Made by a program: the position numbers and the translations under genes
Source of the DNA: Picochlorum sp. SENEW3
Taxonomy: Eukaryota
NCBI GenBank assembly: GCA_034226945.1
Contig: CP120454.1
Location: 1,488,001 to 1,552,000 of the forward strand
Direction of reading: 5' to 3'
Length of the DNA stretch: 64,000 nt
Shown: piece by piece, positions 45,570-57,300 of the stretch
Layout of the letters: every line of letters starts with the position of its first letter
How positions within the stretch are numbered: position 1 is the stretch's first letter
Notes under the pieces: generated by a model
Databases searched by the model: none
Seen by the model: the letters and a program-made list of their open reading frames with translations, nothing else
What the model was told of the DNA's origin: nothing

Positions 45570-47036
45570 TTATCGCAAACTGTCCTGGCGCAAACTGGGG
45601 CTGTTGACAATGCCATAGCCTCCGACGGGAGGTTCCTCTTCAAAGTTTGGCTGCCCAATGCTGCTTCTCAGCCTATTCCATAATTCTCCTGTCGGATCAA
45701 CCCTCCTTGTCATTTGAATGACTGCTGGTATAGGTAAATAGACGAAATGTGTGTTTACCAGTCCCACGGTGATGCCTGTGTACCCAGCAAAAGCGGCATG
45801 CACAGCACCATTTGCGAGCATTCTACAATAAATTCGATCAGTTGAAGTTGATACAACCGATCGAATCAAGTACGAAGGATCAATGTATTTCACATCCACA
45901 TCTTCCAAATTCGCTTTTATTTCGGATTTGAGCCATGCTCCCACATCTACAGTCCTCTCCACATCTGTGACCCTCATGCCATCCAAGGAGCCCCTGGTCT
46001 GGAGCCGCATGCCGCAATCAGCCCCTGACAAGCCCTCTCCTGCCCCTTCTGCAATGCAGATAACTGCGTGTCCTTTGCGCTCCAATATAGATTCCAGATA
46101 CATCAGCACACTGTCCAGTCGGTACTCGACCTCAGGAATGAGACAAATGTCTACAACTCCAGATGCCAGTGAGGCACTCACTGCAATAAAGCCAGACCGC
46201 CTGCCCATCAATTTGACCAGACCAACTCCCCTATACCCACTCGCGGCTTCAACTTTTGCAGCCATCAGAGGCTTTTGAGCCTCCTCTACTGCACTTTCAA
46301 ACCCAAACGTCTTATCCACGAGGAGGATGTCATTGTCTATGGATTTTGGAACAGCAATGATTGAACAGGGAACCCTGCTTTCCTCGCAGGCTTCCTGCAA
46401 TTTTAACGCAGCGCCATGGGATCCAGGACCTCCAATCACAAAAAGAAAATCGATAGACCACAAGTCGAGCCGCTTCACAATCTGCTTCACATCCGCTGGC
46501 TCGCTGGACGTCCCCAACATGGTCCCCCCTTCCAACTGAATCGAGTCCACCAGCTTCCTCGTCAATATGATGGGCTTCCTCTTCTTGTCATAGAACCCTT
46601 TAAACCCATGCCTGATACCCAAGATGTGTGACTCGGGGACTCCATAGTCGATCAGTTTGAGAACGAGCCCACGAATAACGTCGTTCAGACCCGGGCATAT
46701 ACTGCCACAGGTCACGATCGCCGCATGCGTCACTGCAGGGGTGAAATATATTTGGTCCCGAGGTCCAGCTCTCAGAACCGCCTTTGGAAGATCCGCCTGG
46801 CCCTGTACGTATCCTAGGGCTGCTACCAGTTCTGACAATTTCCCTTGGCTCCGCATGCCCGCAGAATGAGAGCTCCCAAAATGCAGCGATTGGATATCGA
46901 CCCTATCGTCATCTGACACAAAGCCACCCCCATGGTAATTGTTCGACAAGAACGGAGAGGGCCTTCCCTCGAGGCCATCCCTGGTTGCCCTGTTTGGGCA
47001 ACCCAGCACGTGTTCTTTATCGATCGATTCCAACAT
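45570..47036 (-). CDS. PFK: ATP-dependent 6-phosphofructokinase, plant PFK4/5-like, with divergent motifs
   Basis: RAGPR, AAIVTCGSICPGLNDVIR, PKSIDNDI, KTFGFESAVEEA, VKLMGRRSGFIA, KYIDPSYLIR. Confidence 0.92.
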   Translation of the reverse strand: MLESIDKEHVLGCPNRATRDGLEGRPSPFLSNNYHGGGFVSDDDRVDIQSLHFGSSHSAGMRSQGKLSELVAALGYVQGQADLPKAVLRAGPRDQIYFTPAVTHAAIVTCGSICPGLNDVIRGLVLKLIDYGVPESHILGIRHGFKGFYDKKRKPIILTRKLVDSIQLEGGTMLGTSSEPADVKQIVKRLDLWSIDFLFVIGGPGSHGAALKLQEACEESRVPCSIIAVPKSIDNDILLVDKTFGFESAVEEAQKPLMAAKVEAASGYRGVGLVKLMGRRSGFIAVSASLASGVVDICLIPEVEYRLDSVLMYLESILERKGHAVICIAEGAGEGLSGADCGMRLQTRGSLDGMRVTDVERTVDVGAWLKSEIKANLEDVDVKYIDPSYLIRSVVSTSTDRIYCRMLANGAVHAAFAGYTGITVGLVNTHFVYLPIPAVIQMTRRVDPTGELWNRLRSSIGQPNFEEEPPVGGYGIVNSPSLRQDSLR

Positions 47037-47351
47037 TGTGTACTTGGATGCAGAAAATCCTCGCTATTCTTCGCAATAGTAGTTGTCTCCTCTATTGGTG
47101 TCGGGTTTGTTTGTCCTTCCTCCCATCCATCCATCCATCACGACGGGCCCAACTTGGCAAGGCCCCGGCGAATCGATGGACGACTGTGCCTATCCACATG
47201 ATGGGGAATGCATAGTCATCGACAAAGATATAGTAGATAATTATCTAATGCACCTAGGTACATGTACTGTGCTGCAGATGAATGAAAACGCCTTCGCATT
47301 GGCTCATGGTTGAAACAGCCAACTTTCGGCTAGGCAAACTCTCTGTGTGAC

Positions 47352-50300
47352 ATGGGAAAGGAAAGGAAAGGAAAGGCTGCCTCGGCAGCAGAGGCAGCTG
47401 ATCTTCTGTCAAAATCTAGGCAGGGCACCGGGTACGTGGAGGCATGTCCTCCTTTGAAGAATTCAAACACATTGCATTACCAACCTCCTCTGGTTCTCTG
47501 CAGCGCTGTGCCATCAATCGGGAAGTTTTCATTTGGTTCTAGATTTGTGGAGCAGATGTCGAAGAGTGCTGACCCTTCTGGGATGAAAGATTCGGATGGA
47601 TCGACTGAAGCGCACGTGGCAAGCTCCCCAGTGTCACCTTGTATCCAGCACCTCTCCAAGAGTGACGCAAGAACGAGGCAGAAAGCTCTGATTACGCTGA
47701 TCGATTTGGTGGAATCTGAACCGAGTAATGGGGTCTTCTTGTTGGACTATTGGTCCAAGCAGTTTCCCAAGTTGGCTCAGGATGCCTCCAAGCATGTTCG
47801 AGCAGCATCCTGTCGGTTGACTGCGGCCCTGTCCAAGCAAGTGGGAAGGCAAATGGGCAGTATCATTAAGTCGGTTTTCTCTCCGCTGTATTTTGCTCAG
47901 TTTGACGAGTCTGATGATGTTTGTCGGTCAGCAGCTGCTGCGCTCCAGGAAATGCTACCTGGTGAGAAGTTGAGTGCAGCATTCCACATATGTATGGATG
48001 AGGTACGTTGCTGTCTAGATTCATTGGCGATGAAGACACTTTATATTGCGCAAGGGCTCTGACGAGTGCTGTCTGCACTCAGTGAACGAACTCCAGAGCG
48101 TGACTGATGCCTTTGAACATTGGTGCTTTTGTGCAATGACAACACGTGACAGGTGAGTGTGCGCGTGCGTGTAGATGCTACATGATTTTAGGTCAGTCAT
48201 GGATCTAAGTCCACCCCAAAATTTGAAGGATTCCTCGAATGACGAGTATCACATGAGATTGTTGTGTCAATACCTTCGGGGTGCCAGACAATGTTTTTCT
48301 TTGAGAAAGAAAAAGCTTTCGACATCGCTTTTAGCTGTGATTCAAACACCCTCTTTTCGTAAGATTGCGTTGCAAGCATCTGATTCAGGGGTGAGGGGTG
48401 AGGCCTACACCTTGATCACTGAATTGGCCTTGTCTTGGGACAGCCAGGAGGAATCTTTGATCTACGACGGGGATTTCGTGCGTTCTGTATTCAAGTCCCT
48501 GAGAGACAAAGAAGCTAGTAATTACGCAGAAATATTGGGTATGATTCTCGCTGTTGGTCGGCAATTTTCAAGCGTGTGGGATTTCTTGGACGTCAGGAAG
48601 GACTTTTATCAGCCTGTTTCAGAAATTGCCTTTTCCTCCAACAAGGCTAATGCCACTGTGGAGGTGAACAGAACTTTTCTGCCCTTAATTTCAATAATCC
48701 CAGAGAACGTTTTTGACATGAAGGAGATAGCTCACATTATTGCAGCCATTTGGAGGGGGCACGGCAGAACGGGACATCTCCCAAAGTCATGCTCAGCAGT
48801 GCAGGACACTATTGTAGTACGTGCATGATTTGCTTTTGTTTTTTCGTGTGGGTAGTACATGAGAAAGTTATCTTTCTGATGCAGGAATGCGTATATTTCG
48901 TTGCCTCTCGAAATAACGACGTGACCATGCCAGAGCTGTGCAATATGCTGTTAAACATGGTTATAGCAGATGGATCCTTGACTTTTGTGTCCTGTGCTCA
49001 GTCTATTGTGGCCCTTATCGTCGAAAAGCTGGAAGGAAATACTAATTTCGAGGTCCAGTTCCTTGAAGTATTGAGCCAGAAAGTAGATGGAACTTTTGGA
49101 GAGGACACGTTGGCAAGAATGGAGCCCTTGATAGCATCCCTCGGCCCTGCATACATGCCATGGCAGGTTTCTCTGCTGACACGCGCGATGGAATTTTCGG
49201 ACGCATTCTGGCTGGAGAAGGATGTGACTCTGATTGAGAGGATTTTGAATAACCTGAGGATTAGAATGGAAAAAAAGAGAGGGAATGGCCACCAGGATAT
49301 AATGAGCATCATGAAGTTGGATTTGCGCAGTATTCTCCACCAGATTCACCCCAAACTCTTGAAGAGGGTGGAATCTACCGTGGACTCTTCTGGAATAAAA
49401 CTAATTGCTCTAGTTATATTCTTGTGCGATGATAGAGCGACTGCTTTATGTGACATGCTTGCGAGGCTTGTTGATCATGGTGGAGCTGAGGCAGCATCAG
49501 ACATGCTTGGCCAATTGATGCATCTTCTTCCAGCTGACGATGAGGACTCGATTACTTCATTGAGGTCGTCAGGCATGGATAGTATAACCCTTGATTTAAT
49601 TTATGAAGCGTGCCATAGAGTAGATGATGCAAAGCATGAATTATGCAGACGGATTTTGCATGGAGATGGCCACGTTTGCCTGATCTCAGACTTGTGTGGC
49701 TGTCAAGCACTAGAATTGCTCCTGACTTCAGCGAGACAGGAGGTATCAATAGACTCTAAAGCTATTATTGTGGATATATTGAGATATTTGTTTCAAAGTG
49801 GCCTTTGTCTTTCGGATGTGTTGGGCCACAAAACCTTTTATAGACAATGTCTCGCATTTGCACTGAAGACAGCTTGGGAGGAAATCCTGCTCGATTGCCT
49901 TGGGGAGCCACTGGTTGCCCTCGAGAAAGCCATTGAAGACATCCTTGCGGCGAACTCGACTTTGAGATATATCAAAGCCATACTCCTTTCAGAAAGCTTT
50001 CAACAGCTGAGCGAGGAGGATTGGAAGTATGTGATTGTAAATGATCTAGCAGAGGAGATGCAGATTGTTGGAGCGACAGATGCAGTCACACTGGGTACCA
50101 TGGAGCACACAGGTGCATTCTATCGAATGTTGGAATTTTATATCCCATATATTTCAGATGGAAACAAGGCTGATGCAATCGAGGCCCTGTTACCATTATT
50201 GGTGAATTTTCCAGAGGCTGCGGTGCTTGTATTTTGCAACCTCTTGGAGGATGATACATTGCTCGGATTATTCCAGTCAGAAGGCGCCATGTGCAATTTG

Positions 50301-52965
50301 CTTTCCATATTGCAGTCATGCCAAGCAGTTAACTGTGATTTAGAGGGCCTGTTGGAAGTTATGATGAAAGACCCTGCTGCATACAGCAACATCCTGAATC
50401 GTGTTTATGCCGCAGCTTCAAGCACGAGGCATGAGTCTATGCAGCAAGTCTGGCTGCGGCTCCTCACCAAGGGCCTTTTGTGTGGTCTAGACTCTGATTT
50501 CAGGCATGTAGCGTGTACATTTTGTCAGAGGCACCTTTGTAGCGACGCTGATGCCTTGAATACGTCAACAATGGAAATGTGGGGAAAAGCTGTTGCAGTC
50601 ATCAGGCAAGACAGAACGCTATCAGTCGATTCGGGGCTTTCACAGTTCGTAAAAGATATCATAGACTTCTCTGAGATAACAGAACACATTGTTAATATTT
50701 TGGGAGTGTGTCACCCCGCTATTGCTGCAGCAGCAGCTCTTTCTGATCAGAGAGTAGTATTTTCTCCAAAAACAGCTGTCTGGTACCATGATGCGTCACG
50801 AGGAGAGTGGGTACCAGGAGAAATTATATCAAGGGATGACTCCATAGATCCACCATCATTTATAGTTCAGGTGGGACAGGCTGTGAGGGAAACAGAGTCC
50901 TCGAGGCTGCACCTGGCTCAAGCAGGCGTCTTCAAGCTGCCTTCCCCTGGCAAGAAGTCACCAGACACGGTGTCCATCTTTGATGATATTCATTATGACG
51001 AGGACGAGATACAGCAGCTCGTTCCTGTACTTGAAAAAGTATTTCTGCATACTGACAGAGATGATAGTCTAACGTATGGACGCAGGAAGCTGTTGATATT
51101 CGGCATAGTCCATGCGTGGGAAGCAGTAGGGGCAGCGACCAGGAGCAACTTGGTAGAATCTATGGTCATCACGCAAGAACGAACCTCGAAAACCTTAAGA
51201 AACCTTTGCCAAACGTTTTTCGACAAATTATTGCTCTGGGCGCAAGAAATATCCGGGACAGACTTCAACGATGCCTCTCAGGCAATTGCTTTTGTGAGAA
51301 AGATTCAAATGAATGCTGCACTGCAGCAAGCACCAAAGGTGAGTGCAGCGATACTCGCACTGGTATATTTTTTCGCACCGATTACGTATATATGTGTGTG
51401 TGTCATATTGATTGTAGGTTCAACATTTCTATGCGATCTTATTGGATGAGTTGGAGACTTTATTGACTGCACTTCCTGAGGCTGATGTTGAGATGGTTGT
51501 CAATGCCTACACTTCCATAGCACAGAAAGAATCTTTCCATCGAAATCTCACCCCACGTTGGAGGGACCAATCCCGACGTTGTGTGATAGACTTTTTTTCC
51601 GCATTCCATGCGCTGGGAGCTTTGTTGGGAGCTACAGATGCTGTATTTGGGCTTGCTGAGCACTCCAGAGCACGTAGCATGTGGATGGATAGTGCAAGCT
51701 TCTTGGAGTTTTTGTCGGAAGCTGTTGAAACAACTCAAATGACCGATCCTGAGTTCTGCTCTAATCTGATTGCCTCTACACAGAGCACTGAGGAACATGT
51801 GATGACATGTGGAGGTCTAGAATCCCTGTGTCTCAACACTGGAATATCCACCCAAACATCAAGGGTGGCGTTCTGTGCCATGCTCCAATGCAGCGACTAT
51901 TTGAAAGGGATATGGGGCTCTGATGCTGACCACTTATTTGCCATGATGGAAACTCTTGTTTCGGAGAGGGGCGAATCTCATCCACATGGAATGGCAGACC
52001 TATTACAGCAATGTGGCTTGCAACGTGAAATTGCATCCAGAATCTCTGATCCTGGAAGCTGCGATTTTCACACGGCCTGGGGACTGATATTGGCGTACTT
52101 ACTACATCCAGAAATTGAAGCTTCTCAGAAAGAGCTATTGGTCTCCCTAATGAAGGAGATGGGTGATTTGATGTGCACTATATTGGAAGATGTTGTGGGA
52201 GGGCTCGAAGACACACACCAACATGGTGGTGGCACCCTGGACTTGGACACTTCGAAGTCTGTGTCACAACTGCACTCAAACATGCTACAGATGTTGGTTC
52301 TCAGCAACTCGCGGTGGCAAATTCGTGGAGGACCACGCATTCCACTCGATGCATTGCTCCTTGCTCTTCTGCTTGCCCTCCCTGTTGCATGCAGATCATG
52401 GTATACAAATATATCGACACGGCGGCAACAATTATTCCTCCAAAACTTCATTAAATCGACTGTAGGCAGAGTACTGATCGAAAATGAATTCAGCACGCTC
52501 GAATCGGAGACTGAATCTGGTCTGACAGACAATTTCCATGTTAGCCTCATCAAAGCCAGGAATCAAATCATAGCCTCACTTGAGGTCGAAGATGCGCACT
52601 CTGTGGATCTGATGGTCTCGTTTCCAAGCGAATACCCCCTGAAACCTGCAAATGCGGCTTTGACCAAGTACGTGGGAATCAATGAGGCAAAGGCACGGAA
52701 GTGGAATTTGTCCATCACAGCTTTTCTCATGAATCGGAATGGCACCGTGGGTGAAGTGATACAAACATGGAAAAGAAATGTCACGAAAGAATTTGAGGGA
52801 CATGAGGACTGTCTCATATGCTATTCTGTGATACAACCGGCGACTGGACAGCTCCCTAAGCTGGCCTGCAAAACGTGCAGTCAGAAATTCCATGGCACAT
52901 GTCTGTACAAGTGGTTCAAATCCAGCTCAAAATCCAACTGCCCTCATTGTCAGTCTCCATGGTGA
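47352..52965 (+). CDS. LTN1: E3 ubiquitin ligase Listerin (multi-exon)
   Basis: N-terminal MGK..KGKAASA.EAA, LSKSDARTRQKAL; C-terminal RWD (FPSEYPL) and RING CLICYSV...CKTC..KFHGTCLYKWF.SS.KSNCPHC. Confidence 0.95.
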
Positions 52966-53018
52966 TCACAAATGTCGTATACACTCAATTACATTGGGCT
53001 TCGACCATGATATATGTC

Positions 53019-54155
53019 TCAATAATAATTGTATTTATTCATTACCATTTTGACAATATTGTCACTCAAAATTCTGTCCTGGAGTCTCTCTTCAAATGGT
53101 TTGTGGTCATTCTTTTTAAAAGCCCCAAGGAGCCCCAAATATTTATCAACTTCACTTCTATAGCCCTGAAATGGCTCTAACTTCAGTGCACGGTACACCT
53201 TGCAAACAGTCTCGTGGGGCAGCCTCTCCAGTTCCTCAAAGGAGACTTCACAGAGAGTGTCAATCGAGTCTCTGTTTGCAAAATAGACTGTGTAAAGCAA
53301 GCGGTGCTGCTCCAGAATGTACTCGGTCATTTGCTGCCGTGTCGTCGTGCATAGAAAACAATACGTGAAGTACTCCTGTACGAGATGACATGATGACTGG
53401 AGAACTGACACTGGGCTGCGGTGTATGAACACAAATTTTGCTCTGGGGAAGAGGGTTTGGATCAATTGAATTCTTCCCATGTGGACTGGACTCTTAATAA
53501 CCAATGGTTTATTTCCACAAGCATAAGAAACCTTTTTTAGGAACCAGAGGAATTGCTCAGTCCATGCTTTCACTTCCTCCTCACTGCAGTGTTCAAATGT
53601 GACAAACCGCAAATAATGCTGATATCTCGGCATGAAACTGAGGGCAGCATACGGCGAGATTCCACCGGTCATCATATTGACAGCTATTTCATCTTCGGCT
53701 GGCACGGAAAAGTTGAGGGGGAGCCCGTCCATGGGCCTCGTATCATCAATCAGAAACCTTTCAATGGCAGCCACAACAAAGGAAGGGACAAACTTCCTGA
53801 GCGTGAGAAAACTATTCGGAAAAGCCACTTGGAATGTATCCACATATCCAAATTCAGAATCTAAACTGAGGAGATTGTGCAAGTGCGTTGTTCCCGTCCG
53901 TGGATGCCCCACAATGAACACTGGTTCATCGTGCACCTTTGAACTCCTGATCTTGCGTGAGAACAAGACAGTCTCAGCAAGGCTTGCGACAAGGTTCACG
54001 AGAGACAGTACTGAGATGAACACTACCCTGTGTATATATCTCAGATCGAGCAGATGGAGATTTCCGCGGAGGTAACGTACCCACTGCACCAAGGTTATTC
54101 CTGTGCACAGAGACAAGCAGTAATACCAACGTGCCGTTGATGCCTCGCATAGCAT
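53019..54155 (-). CDS. P-loop sulfotransferase (Sulfotransfer_3-like)
   Basis: PVFIVGHPRTGTTHLHNLLS, RPMD, PAEDE, KSPVHMGRI..FPRAKFVFIHRSP. Confidence 0.9.
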   Translation of the reverse strand: MLCEASTARWYYCLSLCTGITLVQWVRYLRGNLHLLDLRYIHRVVFISVLSLVNLVASLAETVLFSRKIRSSKVHDEPVFIVGHPRTGTTHLHNLLSLDSEFGYVDTFQVAFPNSFLTLRKFVPSFVVAAIERFLIDDTRPMDGLPLNFSVPAEDEIAVNMMTGGISPYAALSFMPRYQHYLRFVTFEHCSEEEVKAWTEQFLWFLKKVSYACGNKPLVIKSPVHMGRIQLIQTLFPRAKFVFIHRSPVSVLQSSCHLVQEYFTYCFLCTTTRQQMTEYILEQHRLLYTVYFANRDSIDTLCEVSFEELERLPHETVCKVYRALKLEPFQGYRSEVDKYLGLLGAFKKNDHKPFEERLQDRILSDNIVKMVMNKYNYY

Positions 54156-54344
54156 GGGACATTCGTACCCGACACCAAATTATATCGAATCTCAAAAGCA
54201 TGTTTATGTTCCTGGAATGGAAAACACGCTGCAGTGCCCATTTCAAAGGTGACAGTCTTTTGTGCTTTTGGGCGGAATCAATTTATCTTGACACTGTGGA
54301 TTACATACTTTTACACGGATGCACAATGATATTCATTTATTATT

Positions 54345-57300
54345 CTATTGATTGAAGCCATATAATTGTGCTTTCGTTTTGCGCAGCAAGACTGCGAATG
54401 AGTCGGCATCTCCAGGGAGCTGCTCCTTGTCAATGAGTTGTTCCAGATTGGCTATTGCCGGGCCACACAGTCTCCTGAGTTTGTCAAGGTCTCCACTCGA
54501 TATGGAGGATGACGAAGAACCGCTCATGGCCACGTACATGGAAGCAAGCACGTGCTCCATCAACCTGATCAGCACAGACAATTGCTTCTTCAGAAGAGTT
54601 GCACTCTTGGATCCATGTAGTTGGTCCAGCACGCGTGGCAAATCATACATGGCCGACTGATACAATGCATCTTTCAGAGAGAAGAGCATTGACGTGACTT
54701 CAACACTGCCTTTGCTTGTCCAAGGTGGAGAAGACGGCGTCTCCTGGACTTGGGCCAGCCAGATGCGAGTATACATGGCCAAGGAGCTCCTCAGGTCCAT
54801 CAACCTGCAATCACAGAAAACTCTCAGCATGAGCGACATGTTCATGAAGTAATCCAATGGAAGACGTACGCTTTGTGCGCCCTCTCTGCGCCAACATCGC
54901 CCTTGTCTGATGATATGTAGTCTTGAATTCCAGAAATCATGGGACTATGGCTCTGAGAGTTGAGGAGGAACATTCTGGATGACAGATCCAATACACTTTC
55001 ATGCAAGGCAAAATGAAGCATAAGATGTGGATATTTGGCACCAGCGATAGCCAGGATGGTGCAAATCTGGACAACCAAGTTGGCTTCCTCCAATTCTTTG
55101 GTTCCAACCTCCCATCCAATCGCAGCGCTGCTGGATCCACACTCTTTAAGTATCCTATCAATTAGTTGGGGATGTGATCTCATGAATTCGTGAGCCTGCG
55201 TCAGTACGCCCTCGCTTTCTCCGAGCGTGCTGATGATTGACAAGATGACCCTCAAACTTGGGCTGATGAATTGGTGTAAATACTGCCTTGTCACACCCAC
55301 TCCCTGAACTAAAGAGGCAGCCACTCCTGATTTTTCTGGAAGCAAATCAAACAGTCTGCAAGCAATAAATACCTTGATCGTCTGATGCGAGAGCATTTTT
55401 TGTACTGAAGCGCAGCGAGCTTGGCCCTGTCCTGCAAGCGTCAAGTTCAAGAGAAAATCCACACGCGCTTGGTGGAACAAGGCTGTGGCTCTGCTCGATG
55501 GTAAGGAGCTGGCCAACTGCTTGGGGTCTGCTATTTTTAGATCATGAAGGACCTTAGACGGCAAAGGAGAAGCATGGATTGCGGCTGCAACACCTGTTGT
55601 TGGATCATAGGAGAGGAGTGCAGACAGGGCCATCAAGCCATTGGTAGCTACTGACGCCGAGGATGATATCGAATCGCCAATGATTGGCTGTAGGCTCCTC
55701 ATATGTTGGTACAATGTATTTATCGATGCCTCTCTCATGTCGGGACTCAGAGCCTTGCTGTTCCTGCTCAAATCCAAGTAAATAGCTAACGTGTTGTACA
55801 TCGACATCCTCAAACTCTCATGCTGCCTTGATTTCCAAATGATTTCCATCAGTTTCCCCAGGAGTGTCGTCGATACCAAGTTCAAAACCTGTGTGCTCGA
55901 GAAACTGACGTCGTGCAGTCTCGAGACCATTGCCTCCAGAGAAATTCCTAAACTGTGGGCTGCTCGAGGGCAGGCACATTCCAAAGCACCCATGATAACA
56001 TTGGTGCAATCTTGAATGGCCATTGCTATATATTGTGCAATTATATGGCTGCTGCCACATGCCTCCACAACAGTCTCATACTTCTTTGATACTACTGCCA
56101 GGATGACAGCCTGGCAGCCACTCATGAGGGAGCAGAGGCCTCCCGTGTATTCTGTAAAATGGTTGAGATCTGCTGCCTGATTCAGCGCATGCCTCCCAGC
56201 CTCCTTCAGGCTTTCGACAAGATCTCCATGACTACTGATTGCTACAAAATATCTCTGCAAAAGTTGATCCTTCAGAGCAGCCATGTCGATGACAATATCT
56301 CCTCTCCATGTGTTCACAAATGCTGCACCTTCGCCTTGCTCCAGCACTTTTGGATGAAGTAAAGACTCCACATCCAACAAGTCGAGCATTTTCCTCGCAG
56401 AGGCAGACAGGCTATCTCCCAGCCAGGGCTCACGAGGCACGCTTGCCAAGATGTCCCAAATCATGTGTGCTAAACTGCTAAACATTTGGTTCTTTGCAGC
56501 TACCATCTCTATATCACCCCTCACGCGGAAGAGTGATTTTATAAGGTCTATTATGCTCCGTTTCGTCGACAAAGATTCGATGTCTGCAACGAAAATCTCT
56601 GTTGCCAGGATTTGGAGTAACCATGCCCTATGATACATGGATGATACCTGACTTGCCCTCTGAGGTGGCAAGGGAGTGAACAGAATATTTGGAATCAAAG
56701 ATACCAGGCCATTATGAGACGAGAACAGATAATGCACAAAGTACTGACCTGCAAGGAAAATGAACAAGTTTGTCATGCAGAAAAGGGCGGCATATAGTTT
56801 TGGCAATGCAAACACGCACTTGTCTCGGGCGTTTCTGATAGATAATACACGACTTGTAGACATTTTTCGTACAGCTGAGGCCTGGAAGAGGAAGCAGTCG
56901 AACATGTAATGATGTCGAGAATGTCCTTCAGTGGGGAACTAGAAAAACTTGGATTTTCCAGTGACATATAGTCCATTCCGGCACACACTTCAAAGCCACA
57001 GATGTACTGCCCGAAATTAGACGGTATTTCAGATTTGAGTGAGTCTAGAATAATATCTAGCGCCAGCTGGGCACAATCGTCCTCCGCACCATGATGGCTG
57101 GCCTCTGGGGTAGAATTTGCACTTCTCAAAATGGTGCTGTAGCCACTTTGGAGATTGCTCTTTATCGATGTGCCTTCGGGAGGACGAATGGATTCAAGTT
57201 TGCTGACAATATTTGGGATTCGTTGAATGAGGCTCTGGGAGACAAGCAGCGCTTCCTTTCTCAGCTTACTGTCCCATGAGAACCTGCAGTAGTCTAGAAT

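Noticed and set aside
5261..47036. Carbohydrate-metabolism cluster (SBPase, SBE, alpha-amylase, IMPase, PFK)
   Set aside because: Separated by many unrelated housekeeping genes; consistent with chance in a dense genome.
53019..54155. Sulfotransferase as a recent horizontal transfer
   Set aside because: The family is widespread in algae and protists, and nothing in the sequence marks it as foreign without a phylogeny.
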